A stretch of DNA of 64,000 nucleotides from Candidatus Thalassarchaeum sp. (GCA_022449345.1 JAKURL010000007.1:23163-87162), one strand, 5' to 3'. Positions 9,207 to 19,669 are shown, numbered from the stretch's first letter. The notes: a model not told the origin generated them from the sequence alone. A program made the numbers and translations.

Positions 9207-10460
9207 TCAAGCGATTCCAGCATCTCGTTTGTATTCCTCATACACTTCTCGGAACAATTGGATGTCCGATTCGAAAGTCTCAGGTAGCAAAGGTCCGAAA
9301 GAGAATCTGAAGAATCGATAATACGGTGTTTGGTAACTTGGATTCTTTGAATGGGGTCTAGCCATATCACAATCTTTGGCACAAAGAATTGCAGCTCCAC
9401 GTTTGAACAATCGTTTGTTCAATTCGTCACTGGTCATTCCTTGGGGTAATTCCAACCAATGGTAGAAGCCACCCTTACCGGTGTAAACACCTAGGCCCAT
9501 TTCTGCGAACGCCTTTCCGTACCGTTCTCGTTGCCAATTGTAATGTTGCTCGACAGCTGCCCTCGCCTTCTTCACTCGACTTGGCTCGAGAAGCATAACC
9601 GCATAGTGCTGCGAAGGGTGGCTGACCCCTCCCATTCCAAAACTAGAGTAATTCGACATCGTTTCGATATTGGTTTTGCTGGAGATAATCCAGCCGATAC
9701 GGATTCCAGGCGATTGCAATCCTTTGGTGCAAGCGCCGGCAAGGAAGACATTGCTATTGTTGAGGTCTTGGACAAACTCGATTCCACTTACCGATGGCGA
9801 GTGAAACATCTCGTATGCTTCGTCGAGGAGAATACCATTGCCGGACTGTTCCGCCATCTCAATGAGTTCTCGTAACTCTTCACCTGAGCGAGTTTGTCCA
9901 GAGGGATTTTGCGGATTCGAAATTACTGGCATTAGACCAATTCCTTCGCTGACTCCAGAACGGTCGTAATACTCTGAATTGTGTGGGTGAAAATTATTCT
10001 CTTTGTTGAATGGAACAATTTCGTATTCGGTATTTGTTTGAGTTAGAATATCGAGATAAGCTGGCCACTCTATATTGCCGATTCTAACCTTGATGTGATC
10101 TTTGAGGAAGGCCATCACAGTGTAAATTCCTGGCCGTCCTCCGGCGAAGACCATGACGTTCTCTGGAGTGATTGTTGAGCCATACCTTGAGTTGTAAAAA
10201 TCGACGATTGCCTCACGCAATTTTGGATGACCCCAAGCCTTCGGATAAAATCGATCTTCCCAAGTCACATCGACACTATCTGGAAGAGGTGGTCCACCGA
10301 ATTTCTCTAGTGGAGTTGTTAGTGGGAAACCCTGAGACCAGGAATGAGTTCCTTCAGTTCCCATGAAGCTTCCAAAGGTGTCTCTGAAAGCGTAAAGCGT
10401 CTCGTAAATTCCCATAGGCGGACAGTTGTCGGAGAGAAAAGATTCCACTTGCCCAGTCAT
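9207..10460 (-). CDS. PLP-dependent aminotransferase, class I/II
   Basis: SNPQNPSG, DEAY, ACTKGLQSPGIRIGW (PLP lysine) and FRFSF. Confidence 0.9.
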   Translation of the reverse strand: MTGQVESFLSDNCPPMGIYETLYAFRDTFGSFMGTEGTHSWSQGFPLTTPLEKFGGPPLPDSVDVTWEDRFYPKAWGHPKLREAIVDFYNSRYGSTITPENVMVFAGGRPGIYTVMAFLKDHIKVRIGNIEWPAYLDILTQTNTEYEIVPFNKENNFHPHNSEYYDRSGVSEGIGLMPVISNPQNPSGQTRSGEELRELIEMAEQSGNGILLDEAYEMFHSPSVSGIEFVQDLNNSNVFLAGACTKGLQSPGIRIGWIISSKTNIETMSNYSSFGMGGVSHPSQHYAVMLLEPSRVKKARAAVEQHYNWQRERYGKAFAEMGLGVYTGKGGFYHWLELPQGMTSDELNKRLFKRGAAILCAKDCDMARPHSKNPSYQTPYYRFFRFSFGPLLPETFESDIQLFREVYEEYKRDAGIA

Positions 10461-10606
10461 TGCTTGTTCTGAACTCCCGTCTATGTCCGTTCCCCCAGTC
10501 ACACACCTCCGTGAGGCTGCACACAAATGAGTTTGACCGTCCTACTTTCCAATAGCAAGTATATGCCTAACAAAGCGTTAAGTTCGTTTAGTACTGTCAG
10601 GCTTCC

Positions 10607-13600
10607 ATGAGCCGACCCGATAGACGCCAATTCTGCCTCGCCCTAGTTCTTACCGTGCTACTCCTAGGGATGTCCGCATCATTCTCTGTGGACTCAAGCG
10701 TAAAGGAGGAATTAGCAGAGGACGTTGTTGTAGAGACTAGACACCTTTCAAATCAGAGTATTATGGGATTCCAATCGGGCTCTATATTTTCAAATACGAG
10801 TCTCACTGCCTCAATTAGCTACACTTGCGTGAATATGGCCAACAACAGAATGAAGTGTTGGGGGCACGGTCACCAAGGTCAGATTGGAGATGGGTGGTCC
10901 GGTGACAGATACAACGCTACGTTTGTACTCCTTGGAGCAGAAGGAGGGCCTCCATACGCTTACTCCCACGGTTCCTTTGGACAACACACGATTGCTCGAA
11001 TGACAGACGGCACTCTACAGGCTTGGGGGCACGACGGCTGGGGGCAACTCGGACATGGCCACTACGGTGGACAACACAACAGCCCCAAGCCGGTATCAAT
11101 GCCTTTTGGCAGAACGGCACTACATGCTGAAACAGGCATGCAAACTAGTTGTGCTGTGATGGATGACCAATCCCTTTGGTGCTGGGGTCGAAACGACCCA
11201 TTTGGACAGGTAGGTAACAACAACTCGACCGGTGACGAGGTGTCCGTCCCAATGCACATCCCCATTCCTAATAACCAGAGCGTTATCGCTCTCGCGGGAG
11301 GCACCAACTTCTGGTGCATTATTCTAGAGGACCGTAGCGGAATGTGCTGGGGTTCTAACACTAACGGGCAACTTGGAAACGGAGTCTCCACAGGCCATGG
11401 TGCAAACGCTTCTTGGTCGAATCCAGCTCCAGAACCTATCACTATACTTCCGCAGAACCGGAGTTTGGCGGCAATTTCCACAGGTCAACTCCACGTTTGC
11501 GCTATTCTTGACAATGGTAGCGTTGTTTGCTGGGGGGGGAACAATCACGGGCAAATCGGTAATGGAACATATGGTGACGACGGGGACTCCGCCGTAACCA
11601 CTCCTCAATATGTATCTCTACCTGCAGGTAGAACCGCGATTTCGATTGATTCTGGCTTTTATCACAACTGTGCTATCTTAGATGATCACAGCACTTGGTG
11701 TTGGGGCAGGAACAACCACGGACAGCTCGGTGATGGCACCACTACGAACAGTTCAACACCCATAGAGATCAGTGTACCAGGACTTGAGTTTGCCTCAATC
11801 TCGGCCGGCGCTTACCATACCTGTGCTGTAGCAACCAATGCCTCTGTTTGGTGCTGGGGCCAGCATGACAATGGACAACTGGGTCTCGGTGGCGATGTTA
11901 CCGGATGGCCCTATGATAGCGATGTTCCAGCGTGGGTAAATATTTCTCGAGGTTTTGCTACAGACACTGTATCGATGAGTAATCGAGATCATGATGGCGA
12001 CGGACTTCTCTCTATATTCGATCCCACACCCTATGGGCCTCCAATTTGCCCTCCGGGCGAATACATAGTTCCAGCCGAAGAGAAATGTTACGAAGCGGCG
12101 CCAGGACATTATGTCCCAAACTCCAACATGACCTATGAATTGGAGTGTCTTGCCGGAACTTTCCAACCAAATTCTGGGCAGTCTTTCTGCTACGAAGCAG
12201 CGCCTGGATTTTATGTTGAATTCAATGCCGCGATTAGCGCTGAAATTTGCCCTATTGGGTCATATCAAAATCAAACAGGACAAACATCCTGTATTGCTAC
12301 ACCTGCTGGACATTATTCAGACTTTGAAGGCTCAATAGACCCAATCCCATGTGATGTAGGTAATTATCAACCATTGACGGGTCAGTCGAATTGTCAAAAT
12401 AGCGATGCTGGTCACTATGTTCCAATCGAGGGTCAGGCTGAACAGACCGCCTGTGAAGCCGGGACCTACCAACCCGGAACTGGAATGGACCATTGTTGGC
12501 GAGCCAATGTAGGCTATTATGTGAGTCAGGAAGGTGCCACGGAACAAGCAGACTGCCAACCGGGAACCTATGCTGACGTGCGAGGTTTGGCTGAGTGTAA
12601 AGATGCTGACCCAGGCCATTACGTAGCCACCAACCTTTCAGTAAGTCAGTCAGCCTGCCCTCCCGGTCAATACCAACCGCTCTCGGGTCAGGACAGTTGT
12701 CAAATTACTGACGCGGGACACTACAATCCAGCTTCAGGTTCACCTGATATGGTTCCCTGTGAGCAAGGATATTTCCAAGATCAAATGGGAAGCACATCTT
12801 GTAATCCATCACAGCCGGGATACCACGTTCCAGATACAGGTTCAATTAGTCAGACCGAATGTCCAGTCGGTACATATTCTTCTGAAAATGCTGTTATTAC
12901 CTGTACCGATGCATCACTCGGTTACCACGTTCCAAGCACCGGCTCAAATGTGGAATTTGAATGTCTGGCGGGGACCTATACTTCAGAGGAAGGCTCCTCA
13001 TCATGTAAAGACGCAGACCCGGGACACATCGTTAGATTCGACGGCTCCTCTGGGCAGGAATCATGTATGCAAGGAACCTATCAAGCCGACTCGGGAACTA
13101 CCGATTGTGTTGCAGCGGCTCCCGGATATTATGTCGATTCAACTGCCGCCATAGATCAGAAAGCATGCCTTCCAGGCACCTACCAATGGGACTACGGCCA
13201 AACCGATTGTTTGGAATCTCCGCCAGGAAAATATTCTGCAGACAGTGGTTCATCAACCGTAGACAATTGTGACCCAGGCACATATCAGCCAGATACTGGT
13301 CAAGCCTCTTGTTTAGATGCTGATCCAGGATATTACGTAGACGATTTTGGAGCAACTGAACAGGTTCCATGTGAAGTTGGAAGTTTTCAGAATCTTGCAG
13401 GACAAGGCGAGTGTAAGCCAGCCGAACCCGGCCACATGGTATCGGCTGCTGGCTCAGGTGAGCAAACCCCATGTTCATCCGGAACTTACCAACCAATGTT
13501 TGGCCGGGATAGTTGTATCATAGCCAGCGTTGACTACTTCGTTGAATCCGCAGGTTCTTCCAAACAAACACGTTGTCCTTCAGGAGAATCTCAACCCGAA

Positions 13601-13843
13601 GAAGGGCAATCATCCTGTATCAAAAATGAGGATGATTCACTTCCAATTTTGGCAATTGCTGGAGCGGTAATAGTCGTCCTTGCAATAGGTGGATTCCTAA
13701 TGACTAAAGGAAAGAGTGAACCCGCCCCTAAAGACAGAAGAAGAAAGCCTCCTAAAGGCGCGAGGCGCAGGAAAAAGCGACCAGAAGGAGCTCGTAAACC
13801 TAGGCCAAATGAGGCCACAGAGGCGAAAAAAGAAGAAGATTGA
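10607..13843 (+). CDS. Secreted, membrane-anchored surface protein with RCC1-type beta-propeller and Cys-rich (GCC2/GCC3, ephrin-receptor-like) repeats
   Basis: Signal peptide; repeated HxCA...CWGxNxxGQLG RCC1 blades; DHDGDG Ca-binding-like motif; 16 Cys-rich units; C-terminal TM helix and very basic tail. Confidence 0.85.
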   Translation: MSRPDRRQFCLALVLTVLLLGMSASFSVDSSVKEELAEDVVVETRHLSNQSIMGFQSGSIFSNTSLTASISYTCVNMANNRMKCWGHGHQGQIGDGWSGDRYNATFVLLGAEGGPPYAYSHGSFGQHTIARMTDGTLQAWGHDGWGQLGHGHYGGQHNSPKPVSMPFGRTALHAETGMQTSCAVMDDQSLWCWGRNDPFGQVGNNNSTGDEVSVPMHIPIPNNQSVIALAGGTNFWCIILEDRSGMCWGSNTNGQLGNGVSTGHGANASWSNPAPEPITILPQNRSLAAISTGQLHVCAILDNGSVVCWGGNNHGQIGNGTYGDDGDSAVTTPQYVSLPAGRTAISIDSGFYHNCAILDDHSTWCWGRNNHGQLGDGTTTNSSTPIEISVPGLEFASISAGAYHTCAVATNASVWCWGQHDNGQLGLGGDVTGWPYDSDVPAWVNISRGFATDTVSMSNRDHDGDGLLSIFDPTPYGPPICPPGEYIVPAEEKCYEAAPGHYVPNSNMTYELECLAGTFQPNSGQSFCYEAAPGFYVEFNAAISAEICPIGSYQNQTGQTSCIATPAGHYSDFEGSIDPIPCDVGNYQPLTGQSNCQNSDAGHYVPIEGQAEQTACEAGTYQPGTGMDHCWRANVGYYVSQEGATEQADCQPGTYADVRGLAECKDADPGHYVATNLSVSQSACPPGQYQPLSGQDSCQITDAGHYNPASGSPDMVPCEQGYFQDQMGSTSCNPSQPGYHVPDTGSISQTECPVGTYSSENAVITCTDASLGYHVPSTGSNVEFECLAGTYTSEEGSSSCKDADPGHIVRFDGSSGQESCMQGTYQADSGTTDCVAAAPGYYVDSTAAIDQKACLPGTYQWDYGQTDCLESPPGKYSADSGSSTVDNCDPGTYQPDTGQASCLDADPGYYVDDFGATEQVPCEVGSFQNLAGQGECKPAEPGHMVSAAGSGEQTPCSSGTYQPMFGRDSCIIASVDYFVESAGSSKQTRCPSGESQPEEGQSSCIKNEDDSLPILAIAGAVIVVLAIGGFLMTKGKSEPAPKDRRRKPPKGARRRKKRPEGARKPRPNEATEAKKEED
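12047..13620 (+). repeat. Intragenic tandem array of 16 Cys-rich units of about 34 aa (102 bp)
   Basis: Units start CPPGEY, CLAGTF, CPIGSY, CDVGNY, CEAGTY, CQPGTY, CPPGQY, CEQGYF, CPVGTY, CLAGTY, CMQGTY, CLPGTY, CDPGTY, CEVGSF, CSSGTY, CPSGES; diverged at DNA level. Confidence 0.9.
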
Positions 13844-13954
13844 TTCGTGAATAATTTTCGGCTTTACTTTCGTCGAATATCACGCACTAGGCTGCTTTCA
13901 CTGAAGAACAACCTTCTCGGTTCTCTTGAAATGTGAGTCCGAGTCGGCATAATC

Positions 13955-15022
13955 ATGCGCGAGTATCCGTCTGATAGGATCGACCTTCGCAGTGACACGG
14001 TCACTCAACCCACGCAGGCAATGCGCGAGGCCATGGCTGCCGCAGTGGTCGGCGACGACGTTCTGGGAGACGATCCCACTGTGATTGAGCTCCAGAACCG
14101 CGTTGCTGAGATGCTTGGCAAGGAGGCCGCCCTGTTCGTTCCTTCGGGAACGATGTCCAATGCCGTTGCAATCAAGACCCAGACCAGACCGGGAGATGAG
14201 ATCGTCGCCCATCGTAAGAGTCACATCTACATGTACGAGGCTGGTGGGTACGCGATGCTCTCAGGTTGCTCGATATCACTGGTTGAGGGGTATCGTGGAT
14301 TGATGTCTCCGAAAGACGTCCAGATGGCTATCCGCAAGGTCGCCGGAAGCGACTCCCACTACCCTGAGTGCACCCTGATTTGTGTAGAGAACACAGCCAA
14401 TGTAGGAGGTGGGTCGATCTACGAGCAGGAGACCCTAGACGCAATCTGCGAGGTTGCCCACAGAAACGACTGCCGCGCCCATCTGGACGGCGCGAGGATG
14501 TTCAATGCGGTCATCGCCAGCGGAATCGATCCAGCGAGGATGGTCAGGGACTTCGACACCATCTCGATTTGCCTTTCCAAGGGTCTGGGAGCACCCGTCG
14601 GCTCGGTATTGGTCGGTGACTCTGCGACGATTGCTGAGGCTCACAGGTGGCGCAAGATGTTCGGAGGCGGAATGAGGCAGGCCGGAATGCTCGCAGCCGC
14701 AGGTCTCTACGCTTTGGATAACAACATCGACAGGCTCGCCGAAGACCATGCCCGAGCCCGACGCCTCGCCGAGGCTGTCGACGCAATGGAGGCGTTCTCA
14801 ATCGACCTTGGAGCGGTGCAGTCCAACATGGTATACATCAACTGTGAGAAGGGCGCGGCGAAGATTCTGGTCGACAAGTTGGCGGATCAGGGAGTAGATG
14901 TTCTTGATCTCGAACAGGGAGTAGATTACGGAGATGTCTCGACAGTCAGAGCAGTTGTCCATCTGCATATTACCGATGAGGATATTGATCGGACGATTGC
15001 AGCCTTTGCTGCGACGCAATGA
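13955..15022 (+). CDS. ltaE: Low-specificity L-threonine aldolase
   Basis: [36 protein letters not shown] and GGGMRQAG. Confidence 0.95.
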   Translation: MREYPSDRIDLRSDTVTQPTQAMREAMAAAVVGDDVLGDDPTVIELQNRVAEMLGKEAALFVPSGTMSNAVAIKTQTRPGDEIVAHRKSHIYMYEAGGYAMLSGCSISLVEGYRGLMSPKDVQMAIRKVAGSDSHYPECTLICVENTANVGGGSIYEQETLDAICEVAHRNDCRAHLDGARMFNAVIASGIDPARMVRDFDTISICLSKGLGAPVGSVLVGDSATIAEAHRWRKMFGGGMRQAGMLAAAGLYALDNNIDRLAEDHARARRLAEAVDAMEAFSIDLGAVQSNMVYINCEKGAAKILVDKLADQGVDVLDLEQGVDYGDVSTVRAVVHLHITDEDIDRTIAAFAATQ

Positions 15023-15061
15023 GGGCGAACCCTTCATCATCAAAGCGATTTCCGCAAATCG

Positions 15062-15991
15062 ATGCGAACCCTTCTGGCAGTCTCACTCACCGCCCTATTG
15101 CTAGCACCAATGGGTGCTCTAGCAGAGAGTGGAACTATTTGGGTCGATGCTAGAGGTCAGCAGGATGCTGGAACCTTTGGCGGCTTAACGTTGTCAATGG
15201 GCAATGGCACGGTAGATGCTAGCACCAGTTCAGATTACAACGAATTGCCGAATATTGTCGAGGTTTATACTGCAACTTGGTGCATGAATTGCGTTACCTC
15301 TGAGCACACGATGAAGAATGCAGTCGAGGGCATCGATGCAGTCTTAATCCACTACCATCGGGTGTGGTACGAAATAGAGGATCCATTTGGTTCAGACAGT
15401 ACTGAGGAGCGTTGGGAAGGCGTTTACGGAGATGCTTCAAAGGAGGCGATTGGTAGCAAGAGAGCCGCTCCAACTTCAGTTATTGATGGCCAACGTATGC
15501 ACACTGGTTCGACAGCAAAAGGAATTTCTCTGCTAGACGATTATTCTCAATCTCTGCAAGTAGGAAATCGAGCTTGGTTCATGGATGGAACGATTGACTT
15601 CTCAGTGAGTTTTTCCGACTCGGTAGCGAGTTTTTCGTGGAACTTCGATAATCTGGTCTCCTCCTGCGCAGACGATTGCCCAACCCAAACCACAACCCCT
15701 TGGGTTCTATTTGTCGAGGACTCAGCAAGATTTGAGGACGGCTCAAACAATTTGGAAGAGTACATACACGTTAACCACGCAGCCGTTCAGTTGTCCGGGT
15801 TCAACGGCACAGAAACAATCGACGTTCCTTCCGCTTGGGATGGAGAGGACATGAACGCAGTACTACTAATCGACTGGGAAGTAGAACAAGACCAAGGCCG
15901 AGACATTTTTGGCAATCTACCAGGGATTGGCGTTGCCAGCCTATTTTCTCTCCTAGCCGCAGCTCCACTAGTAAGAAGTCGGCAACATTGA
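15062..15991 (+). CDS. Secreted thioredoxin-like (CxxC) protein with C-terminal membrane anchor
   Basis: Signal peptide; VEVYTATWCMNC; APT cis-Pro-like motif; C-terminal LPGIG plus hydrophobic stretch plus RSR. Confidence 0.7.
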   Translation: MRTLLAVSLTALLLAPMGALAESGTIWVDARGQQDAGTFGGLTLSMGNGTVDASTSSDYNELPNIVEVYTATWCMNCVTSEHTMKNAVEGIDAVLIHYHRVWYEIEDPFGSDSTEERWEGVYGDASKEAIGSKRAAPTSVIDGQRMHTGSTAKGISLLDDYSQSLQVGNRAWFMDGTIDFSVSFSDSVASFSWNFDNLVSSCADDCPTQTTTPWVLFVEDSARFEDGSNNLEEYIHVNHAAVQLSGFNGTETIDVPSAWDGEDMNAVLLIDWEVEQDQGRDIFGNLPGIGVASLFSLLAAAPLVRSRQH

Positions 15992-16063
15992 TGACAATCT
16001 TGAGTCTCATCCATCGGCGGGTTCAAGAACCCCCTCAAAGCATCGTAGACGCTCGGTGAGGTC

Positions 16064-19000
16064 ATGGTTCTGGAACAGACACTCTCGGTTACCAATGAGG
16101 AGGTTCAACCGGGGCCACTTCCTGCATGGTTACTTGACCATATTAGACGTCAGAGTTTCGACTCTCTCCCGCGCTCCAAAGGTGGCCCTTCAAGAATTCT
16201 AATTTTGTATCCAGGAGAAGAGGCTAGGCGAGAGAATCTAGAGCGCCTAGCTGACGAAGGTCTGGTAATCGACAGGACACTTCACCACACCATTGATTCA
16301 CTGGAAAAATCTCTTCTTGCTGATTTACGGATGCCTAGGATTCTGTCTTTGTCAGGAGGTTGGAATCTGCTTCTCAACGTAGCCTGTGCTCAGGCAGCGG
16401 CGAATTTACACTTCCCAATTCTTCATCCAATCCCTCAATTCGAGTGGAATCGAAACAAGACTCGCTCGCTAACAGCCTTACATTCGGTATTGGCTCGCGA
16501 GGGTCGACTAGAGGAATGGGATGGAGCCGGAATAGATGGCTTCTCCCGCGTCCTTCGCGATTTGGAAAATCGATTGGGTGGAACCCACCCCGACTTTGTT
16601 ACAGGTCGAGTAATCGATGGCCTACAAAGAAACTTAGATTCTGATTCATGTCCTTTCAGTCTATCTGAAGTTGACGGGATTGTAATGCTTGACCATTCTC
16701 CAGTACTGCCCTCACAGCGAACTGAGTTATTGCGGACAATATCGCAGCATAGGCCAATTCATCAATTGGTTTATCCTGGTAATTTCAGACAGGGAATTCA
16801 TGGTTTCCTTCTAGAAGACCAATACCCAATTAAGGAATCAGAAAACCTACCTGATTGGCTTCCTTTGCATGAAGTGGCCGATTTCTCGGATGGAATTGAA
16901 ACCTCCAATTATCGCCGATTTAGACTTCAGAGAGAAACCCATTCAATCCCACTGACAACGAGATTGATTGCCGAGCAATTGGGGACTAATCCTGCCTCTA
17001 GCATTTTACTCATCGATCCTACTTCTGAGGAGGATACTCACCAATGGATTCGAGCTTTATCAGATCTTGGCATATCTTTGCCAAATTCTCACTCAATGGC
17101 TTCTAGCAAGCCTCTTGGCCATTGGCTTTCAGCCCTTGCTGGAGTTTGCCACGGGCCAAACGCATGGTCTCTCGATTCCTTGCGAGCGCTTTCTCTACAG
17201 GGCTCTCTGAGTTTATTCTCTAAGCTAAATGCTCATCCTACACACGAGGAAATTCTCCCACAGGCAAGCGCTGATTTACTTTCAGAATTGGCCCGAAGTG
17301 ACCACATCCTTGGCGGTGCTGGTGCCCTTGAGAGATGGTTAGTAACTCTCGCTAGGGAAGAGCCAGACATTCACAAAGGCCCAACTAAGGAGGCAACCCA
17401 ATGGTGGCTACTTTCGCTAGCACAAAGTAATAGTCCACTTCTCGCAGATTTTGATCGAGGGGCACTATCCAACCGCGACCTATGGCGTGGTTGTCATAGC
17501 GGCCAACATCTGCCACAATTAAAGGCTAAGTCTAATGGCGATGAATGGCTTACTGCAGCGCTATCTAGAGTTGATTTAGAATCAGGAATTGAGTCGGCAG
17601 ATGGTTCAAATTCTCTTCCAGCAGCAGTTGTGCAGAGCCTCGTTGATGCCCATTCTAGGCTTCGCAAGATGCAGCTTACAACAGGCCAACCCATCTCTCA
17701 AGGCGGTGTAGAATGGGTTGTAGAGTTGGAAACAATTCTCTCCTCAACTACGGTAAGAAGTGGTGGTGGCAATTCTCGAGGTAAGGTCCGTCTGACAACA
17801 CCAGAGGGTGCTTTGGGTTGCACTGCTGACCTCGTCATCCTTGCAAACGTCTCAAGCGCATCTTGGGATTTACGAGTTCAGAAGATCCCTTTACTTGGAG
17901 ACGAGGAACGTCACAGACAAGGAATCCTTCGGCCCGACACTCCGATTCGGCAAGCTCGCCATCATCTCTACCATTTGCTCAGTGCGGCTAATTCTGAGAT
18001 TGTAATTCTAGATCCCAGCCAAGACAAATCCACTCCAGTCGCTGCCCCCATTCGCGAATGGATTAGGGAGAATAGCCCCGACTCAAATTCGCTTATCCTT
18101 GAGGAATCGCCAGGCAGAGAAAATGATTCTAGTAATCAGAGATGGCAAGATGGTAACTCCTTGCGAAATGTGCAAGCACCATCTCGAGTAGCTCTCAATC
18201 CTTCAGCGGTTTCAATCCCACTCGATGTTGAGATTCAGGAGGATAGAGAGCGCAGACAACCTCGCAGAGTCGATGGAGAAGGATATCTATTAGAATCCGC
18301 AACTCCACACATCTGGGCCATCGAAAATAGCCTCTTACTTCGCAAATCCCCCAAAAAAAGCACCAGCCCGAGAATGGCATCTCGCTGGCCAGTTGTTGGT
18401 GGACCACGAAGAGCCTCAATCGACCCTAGACCGCTTAGTCCCGAAGCAACCGGTTCAGCTCCTTTTGACTCTAGGCACGGTCATACTGCAGGGGCTGAAC
18501 AGACTGTTCCAATCTGGTCAGCGAGTCGCCTCAAACAATGGCTCTCCTGTCCTCGACGAGGTTGGCTAACTCGAGGTTTGTATGCTGAGGAAGAGGAGCG
18601 CCAGAGAGAGGACCTCGATTCTAGAGTTCAAGGCAATTTACTGCACAAGGTCCACCATCAACTGATTGAACGAATCTTAGGTGTCAAGGAGAATAGTGAA
18701 CGCACCCTCGAACAAATGCGTAACAGCGGCCTACCGCTGAATATTGCAACTGCAAGCCTGAGCGATACTGAATTGCATTCAATGGCACTGGAAATTCTCG
18801 CTGATTTAGCGCCGTGGTTAGAGAGGACAGACGCAGTATCCAATTCTCGTCTAAGGATGCTGACAGGATTCTCTCGGGATGAATGGTTGGATTGGCTTAG
18901 GGACGGCGGCCCAACCCCGTTAGCCGGCCGAATTGGTCGAATGGTTACCGCCGAGCGTACATTACGAGGCGCAATACCAATCGCCATAGAATGGGAGGCA

Positions 19001-19669
19001 CTTTCTTTCGATGAAGATGGAATAGAAATTTCACTTCCCGAAGAGTTGTCAAGCCATGGGGACGGAGCGTTACCTGCATTGAGGTTACGAGGAGAGATAG
19101 ATCGAGTTGATTTGCTTCCCTTCGACTCTGAGAAGTCTATTTTTGAGGATGAATCAGGGTCAACATCGGTAGCACCAATCAGATTCAAGGATGGGGATTG
19201 GAAGCCTCGTAGAATGATTATCATCCGTGATATCAAAACCAGCGAAAGTGAACCACTCAAGCGACATCGAATCGGTTTGCTTGAGGAATTGCAACTCGCG
19301 CTTTATGCTAGAGCATGGGAGGTAGCACATCCTGGTGATCTGGTAGTCGCCGCTGGCATCAGCGTCATCGGTCACAATACCGACCATTTCCTAGAAGTCT
19401 CAGGCTTCGTTCCAACGTATTCCCCTTTGATTGAGATAGGTGATGTCAGCCATCAACAGACTACGAATTTGCATCGATTCCCTGATGAAGAACCCGAAGA
19501 GGCCAGTGACTCATTCAGGGCATGGTTGGCTCAGCGTCTTACAACCGCTCTAGCAACAGCCGCGGGTGCAGCTAGCGGACGAGTCCATCCAACCCCTAGC
19601 AAGGACGCCTGCAAATTCTGTCCGGTAACTTCGGTTTGCGATGTTAGGTACAAGGGTGATGATAGATGA
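16064..19669 (+). CDS. AddB/AdnA-like subunit: degenerate helicase-like N-terminus plus PD-(D/E)xK nuclease with 4-Cys Fe-S staple
   Basis: WSASRLKQWLSCP, GNLLH, LRGEIDRVD, DIKT, QLALYA and CKFCPVTSVC; no Walker A seen. Confidence 0.8.
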   Translation: MVLEQTLSVTNEEVQPGPLPAWLLDHIRRQSFDSLPRSKGGPSRILILYPGEEARRENLERLADEGLVIDRTLHHTIDSLEKSLLADLRMPRILSLSGGWNLLLNVACAQAAANLHFPILHPIPQFEWNRNKTRSLTALHSVLAREGRLEEWDGAGIDGFSRVLRDLENRLGGTHPDFVTGRVIDGLQRNLDSDSCPFSLSEVDGIVMLDHSPVLPSQRTELLRTISQHRPIHQLVYPGNFRQGIHGFLLEDQYPIKESENLPDWLPLHEVADFSDGIETSNYRRFRLQRETHSIPLTTRLIAEQLGTNPASSILLIDPTSEEDTHQWIRALSDLGISLPNSHSMASSKPLGHWLSALAGVCHGPNAWSLDSLRALSLQGSLSLFSKLNAHPTHEEILPQASADLLSELARSDHILGGAGALERWLVTLAREEPDIHKGPTKEATQWWLLSLAQSNSPLLADFDRGALSNRDLWRGCHSGQHLPQLKAKSNGDEWLTAALSRVDLESGIESADGSNSLPAAVVQSLVDAHSRLRKMQLTTGQPISQGGVEWVVELETILSSTTVRSGGGNSRGKVRLTTPEGALGCTADLVILANVSSASWDLRVQKIPLLGDEERHRQGILRPDTPIRQARHHLYHLLSAANSEIVILDPSQDKSTPVAAPIREWIRENSPDSNSLILEESPGRENDSSNQRWQDGNSLRNVQAPSRVALNPSAVSIPLDVEIQEDRERRQPRRVDGEGYLLESATPHIWAIENSLLLRKSPKKSTSPRMASRWPVVGGPRRASIDPRPLSPEATGSAPFDSRHGHTAGAEQTVPIWSASRLKQWLSCPRRGWLTRGLYAEEEERQREDLDSRVQGNLLHKVHHQLIERILGVKENSERTLEQMRNSGLPLNIATASLSDTELHSMALEILADLAPWLERTDAVSNSRLRMLTGFSRDEWLDWLRDGGPTPLAGRIGRMVTAERTLRGAIPIAIEWEALSFDEDGIEISLPEELSSHGDGALPALRLRGEIDRVDLLPFDSEKSIFEDESGSTSVAPIRFKDGDWKPRRMIIIRDIKTSESEPLKRHRIGLLEELQLALYARAWEVAHPGDLVVAAGISVIGHNTDHFLEVSGFVPTYSPLIEIGDVSHQQTTNLHRFPDEEPEEASDSFRAWLAQRLTTALATAAGAASGRVHPTPSKDACKFCPVTSVCDVRYKGDDR

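Noticed and set aside
12047-13620. CRISPR-like or DNA-level tandem repeat
   Set aside because: Periodicity is at protein level (34-aa units) with diverged codons inside one ORF
18500-19669. Cas4 / CRISPR adaptation gene suggested by the 4-Cys RecB-type nuclease
   Set aside because: The domain is the C-terminus of a 1201-aa AddB-like protein coupled to a UvrD helicase; no cas1/cas2 or repeat-spacer array in the window
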